A stretch of 9,645 nt of DNA from Octopus sinensis. Its lineage: Eukaryota. The notes beneath the pieces are model-generated. The model made no database searches and was not told where the DNA came from. It worked only from the letters and a program-made list of their open reading frames with translations. The stretch lies in the NCBI RefSeq assembly GCF_006345805.1, contig NW_021827858.1:1-9645 (forward strand), written 5' to 3'. A program made the translations under genes and the position numbers. This document shows positions 5,660 through 9,645 of the stretch, one piece after another (positions within the stretch are counted from its first letter, which is position 1; each line of letters begins with the position of its first letter).

Positions 5660-6930
5660 ATTCTAGCAAAGAGTTATTATTGTTGGAGACATATCCGGGT
5701 GTAGGAAGTTGGTCTGGGATTTTTTGAAGAGATTTGTCCAGTGAACTTTTGAATTTTATGGGATCCGTTTCCGTTTTGACGTATTTTGGTGTGGTATTAA
5801 AGAGAACTGAACCGGTTGAGGTAAAGTAGTTGTTGCTATGAGTTCGATTTTTGTATTGAGCGGATACCACGGGGGCCAAGTCTTGGACGGATTTTATAAT
5901 TGATGCCAACATCATTTGTGCAATATTGATGGAATATTTTCCACATCACCCAAATGATGTAACGCTCCAGGCGGCGTTGGAGAGAGTAGAGGCTGAGTTG
6001 TTTTAGTCGACCCCAATAATCAATGCCTCTCATACCGTCTTTCTTGCTATTGACCTCTGGAGTGCTTCCACTTTCATAATGAGTTGCTTCGTATGGTCGG
6101 GCAAAAACTAGAGTAGAGAGGGATGATAATGTGGGCATCTCTAGACTGGAAAGTTCTCAGAATCCAGGAGCACATCTTGTGGGTCAAGTCAACCTTGCTG
6201 TTTACGTAGGAACTCCAGCTTAGATTCTTATCAACAATTACTCCAAGGTCTCTGGTGTTGTTGGATGACAGTAGGGAGTCGCCCGAGGGAAAGAGCATAG
6301 GGTAATTTCAGAGTCTCCTCTTTTCCAAAGTGGATAAAATCAAACTTATCTTCATTTAGAAGCATATTGTTCTTTGGACAACAGCCAACAGATCCAACTG
6401 AAAGCATGTTCAGTCTCGCATACCGTTTATGGCTGTAAAGATTTTCAATGTGGAATGTTTGATGACATCTACTATGTCGTTGATGTAGATAATAATATAA
6501 TATAATAATAATAATTATGTACAGTGCTCAGGTGCACTACAACTCATCTAAAGTGTATATATAATCAGGTGTAGTTTCGGCGGATTTCGGAAAGCATGAG
6601 GGCCTTAAAGGATGCAGTGTCATGGCAGTCAACAACTGACGCAGGCAGTTTATTCCATGCTTCAGCAACTCTGAGCGTGAAAAAATGTTTCCGAAAGTCA
6701 TGGGAAATGTGTTGTTTTCTGACTTTGTAGGCCTGTCCACGTGTATTAGACACATGGAGATCAAAAAGGTGTTCAGTGTTGTTGTTGGTGAGGTGGTTGA
6801 TAACTTTGTGGGTGTTTACCAAGTCCGTCGCCAGACGCCGGAGCTGATAATGAAGAGGAGTGGGCCCAACACGGTGCCTTGTGGGACACCACAACTGACT
6901 TTGGCTGAGCTGGATCGTATTCCCTCAATA
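5660..6930 (-). mobile_element. CR1-group LINE (copy A), 5'-truncated, ORF2 RT plus C-terminal region, dead, interrupted by LINE B
   Basis: Fragments in order: IEGIRSSSAKVSCGVPQGTVLGPLLFII | YINDIVDVIKHSTLKIF ... QLDLLAVVQ ... NNMLLNEDKF ... RDLGVIVDKNLSW ... WILRTF ... DYWGRLKQLSLYSLQRRLERY ... FKSSLDKSLQKIPDQLPTPGY. Multiple frameshifts, and the (F/Y)ADD motif is missing. Confidence 0.92.
6494..6845 (-). mobile_element. CR1-group LINE (copy B), 3' end only: ORF2 C-terminus, 3' UTR and (TTA)n tail, nested in LINE A
   Basis: LRRLATDLVNTHKVINHL...TRGQAYKVRK...RKHFFTLRVAEAWNKLPASVVDC...FK, with the stop at 6565-6567. Tail at 6494-6518. Flanked by gataat at 6488-6493 and 6846-6851. Confidence 0.92.
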
Positions 6931-6954
6931 CACACACACACACACACACACACA
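6931..6954. repeat. (CA)12 microsatellite at the 5' truncation point of LINE A
   Basis: Direct reading. Confidence 0.95.
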
Positions 6955-6961
6955 TAGGTAA

Positions 6962-7004
6962 GGGTTAGCAGCAGAAAGGGCATCCGGATGTAAAACAATG
7001 TCTC
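6962..7004 (+). mobile_element. Short fragment of a SINE/LINE-related repeat (GAAGGGCATCC-type motif)
   Basis: gggttagcagcagaaagggcatccggatgtaaaac resembles a motif I recall from metazoan SINE bodies. There is no second copy in the window to confirm it. Confidence 0.3.
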
Positions 7005-7116
7005 GTATATGTACTCGTCAAACCAGACTTTAAAAAAATAAATCAAACGAGTTTTTATATCACCAATAGAAAAGAAATATAAAATTCAACAAGTGATAAA
7101 AAAAAATAGATGAAAA

Positions 7117-7488
7117 CATTAGGCTGCGGCCATGCTGGAGTAGTGCCTTGAAGATAATCGAATGAATCGATCCCATTACTTTTTATTTATTTTTTGTTTG
7201 AACTTGCTCCTTATTCTATCAGTTTCTTCTGTCGAACTGCGCAATGACGGGGACGTAAACACACAAACACCAGCGGTCAAGCGGTGGTGGGGGTACAAGC
7301 CTAGACGCAAAGACTCACAAACATTTCGGACGGGCTTCTTCCAGTTTCCGTCTACCGAATCCACTAACAAGGCTTTGGTCTGAAGGAGGCTACAGTAGAA
7401 GACGCTTATCCAAGACGCCACAAAGTGGGACCGAACCTGGAACTATGTGGCTGGCAAACGAACTTCTTACTACACAGCCATGCTTACG
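7117..7488 (-). mobile_element. tRNA-derived SINE family A, near full length, without microsatellite expansion
   Basis: The reverse complement runs from the head (catggctgtgtagtaagaagttcg...ggttcggtccc) through the body (ggaaactggaagaagcccgtc) to the 3' end (ctccagcatggccgcagcctaatg), colinear with 1323-1827. Confidence 0.88.
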
Positions 7489-7492
7489 TCAG

Positions 7493-7569
7493 ATATATAT
7501 ATATACACATATACACGCATATAAATAAATTGATAGATTAGAGATAGACGGAAAAAAAAAATGTATATA

Positions 7570-7615
<46 letters not shown>

Positions 7616-7647
7616 TATATATATATAAATCTGTAGTTATATATCTG

Positions 7648-7691
<44 letters not shown>

Positions 7692-7781
7692 ATATAGATA
7701 TATATATATATATGTGTCTATATAAAAATGTATATATACATATATATGTATATATATATGTATATAGATATATATATTATA

Positions 7782-7819
<38 letters not shown>

Positions 7820-7835
7820 AATGAATGTTTTTATA
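7493..7835. repeat. Long degenerate (TA)n tract
   Basis: Several perfect (TA)n runs (for example 7573-7610, 7649-7678, 7787-7817). Confidence 0.95.
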
Positions 7836-7940
7836 TATAATGAACGTGAAATACAGGAAGGGACGAACACGGAACACAGACAAATCATTCGAAGCCTTCA
7901 TCTTCAGTCAGACACCGAATCATCATAGCAAATTTCGGCT

Positions 7941-8087
7941 ATATATATATTATATAATATATATATATATATATACATACATATCTATATAATTATATCG
8001 ACTAAAGATTGACCCAGCCATGTCTAAATTAATAGCATTACATGCATATACCTATATATGTTTATATATATATATATATATATATAT
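7941..8087. repeat. (TA)n-rich tract
   Basis: (TA)n runs at 7941-7976 and 8063-8087 with a short intervening sequence. Confidence 0.85.
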
Positions 8088-8143
8088 CTTTTATCGTTAT
8101 TTTTAGTTGTTTCAGCCAGCAGACTGTGGCCAAGCTGGGGCAC
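8088..8143 (-). mobile_element. SINE family A, isolated 3' end fragment
   Basis: The reverse complement gtgccccagcttggccacagtctgctggctgaaacaactaaaaataacgataaaag matches the family A 3' end. Confidence 0.75.
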
Positions 8144-8184
8144 ATGTACATATATATCTTAATCTGTCTAGATGCGTTTGTACG

Positions 8185-8205
8185 CGTGTGTGCATGAGTG
8201 TATAT

Positions 8206-8243
<38 letters not shown>
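8185..8243. repeat. (TG)n microsatellite
   Basis: Perfect (TG)n ~8208-8243 with a degenerate 5' extension. Confidence 0.95.
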
Positions 8244-8245
<2 letters not shown>

Positions 8246-8464
8246 AGTTATATAGACTTTCTGTTGTAAATAAATAAATGTGCCGAAAACCCCATGAATC
8301 TGCCAACAGCCGTGTGGCTGGATTAAGACAAGCGTATAGCGTTTAACGGGTGCAGGGTGGACGCATGATTTACAATATGTCTGGGTAGATTTCGGATGGG
8401 AGGAGGAGATGGTACCTCACTGAAATATGCCGTCAACGTGAGTTGCGGGTGGCAGCGAGAGGGG

Positions 8465-8620
8465 CCGAAAAAAAGGTAGAAAGAAAGAAAGAAGGAAAGG
8501 TGCTATGATTTATATCGGCGCTGTAGGGGAGAAGAGAGAGGAGGAGGGGGAGGAGCGTTGGGGTGAGGAAAGTAGGAGAGTGAGGGAGTGGAGAGAATGT
8601 GGTAGGCGTGGGGGAAAATG
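8465..8620. repeat. Purine/G-rich low-complexity tract
   Basis: (GAAA)n, (GA)n, (GGA)n and several G-runs. Confidence 0.75.
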
Positions 8621-8639
8621 AGAGTATGACGTATGAGCG

Positions 8640-8877
8640 CCCCCCACACACACGCCCACCACACACACAGGCGCGTATCTATGTAGGTATATGCAAATAT
8701 ATATATATGTATGTATGTATGCACGTGTGTGTGTGTATGTGTGTGTGCGCGTGTGTGATTGTGTGTCTATATCTTTATATACATACATGTATATAAACAT
8801 ACGCACATATACATATTTATATTTATATTTCTCTGTATATATGTATGTGTATACGTATATCTGTACCTATACCTCTA

Positions 8878-8973
<96 letters not shown>

Positions 8974-9170
8974 TGACATACACACATACATCTATGCATA
9001 CACACATAATCGAAAAAAACGCATTTCGTTTTGGGTAGAAAGTTTTTATTGTTCGAAAGAACAAACTCTGTCGGTCACACACACACACACACCTACATAT
9101 ACATACACACACAGAGACACACACGCACACACATACGGACACACATATGTATACGTGTGAGTGTGTTTGA
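8640..9170. repeat. Compound microsatellite region: (CA)/(TG)/(TA) tracts and (GTCT)n-(ATCT)n
   Basis: (GTCT)n 8881-8903 grades into (ATCT)n ~8905-8971. (CA)n ~9075-9140. Confidence 0.92.
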
Positions 9171-9361
9171 GTCACTACACGTTATATATATACATAGAGA
9201 GGCAACAAGCGCCTACACGTATCCTATAGACAGACGTGTGTGAAGCGGACTTGGTCGAAAGGAATGAACCAGACCCACGCATTGACATGCAGACACATAC
9301 TTCTAGAGTCACATGATTTGACTTAAATGCACACACGCATGGACAGAACAACACATTATTT

Positions 9362-9645
9362 TGTTTTTTTCTGCTCTAGGCACAAGGCCAGCAATTTTGG
9401 GGGAGGTGGTGCGTCGATTAGATCGACCCCCAGTGTGCAACTGGTACTTAATTTATCGACCCCGAAAGTATGAAAGGCAAAGTCGACCTCGGCGAGATTT
9501 GAACTCAGAACGTAAAGACACACGAAATACCTAATTCTTTACTACCCACAAGGGGCTGAACACGAGAGGACAAACAAGGACAGACAAACGGATAAGTCGG
9601 TTATATCGACCCCAGTGCGTAACTGGTACTTATTTAATCGACCCC
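9362..9645 (-). mobile_element. tRNA-derived SINE family B dimer, running off the window end
   Basis: The reverse complement of 9362-9530 aligns with 2130-2295, and 9531-9645 aligns with ~2015-2130. The internal junction is the same as in the copy at 1897-2295. Confidence 0.9.

Noticed and set aside
5553-7046. ORFs 5553..5915, 5836..6138, 6074..6298, 6565..6894 and 6816..7046 as host genes
   Set aside because: They are frameshifted pieces of CR1-group ORF2. The start codons are incidental and the RT catalytic motif is deleted.
7162-7421. ORF 7162..7383 with a signal-peptide-like N-terminus and dibasic sites (neuropeptide-precursor look), and antisense ORF 7176..7421
   Set aside because: Both lie entirely within a SINE A copy. 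The hydrophobic stretch comes from the T-rich SINE segment.

Overview
Repeat-dense, AT-rich eukaryotic non-coding DNA with no supportable intact host gene. The SINE families look like the tRNA-derived SINEs of octopus, so an octopod cephalopod source is inferred (recognition from memory, not a database hit). The window is a mosaic of long microsatellites, three tRNA-derived SINE families (each in both orientations), a Tigger/pogo-like left end, a heavily decayed LINE ORF2 remnant (+, ~4263-5050), and a 5'-truncated CR1-group LINE (-, ~5660-6930) whose RT domain is split by a second LINE 3' end with a 6-bp target-site duplication. The most notable signal is a complete type I hammerhead ribozyme core at 5268-5333 (+) with a palindromic helix III loop. 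It is followed by a 39-nt intron-like segment and an ATG-initiated, frameshifted ORF, an architecture consistent with the 5' pseudo-LTR of a Penelope-like element or a retrozyme. Nearly all ORFs in the supplied track are microsatellite artefacts or TE fragments.
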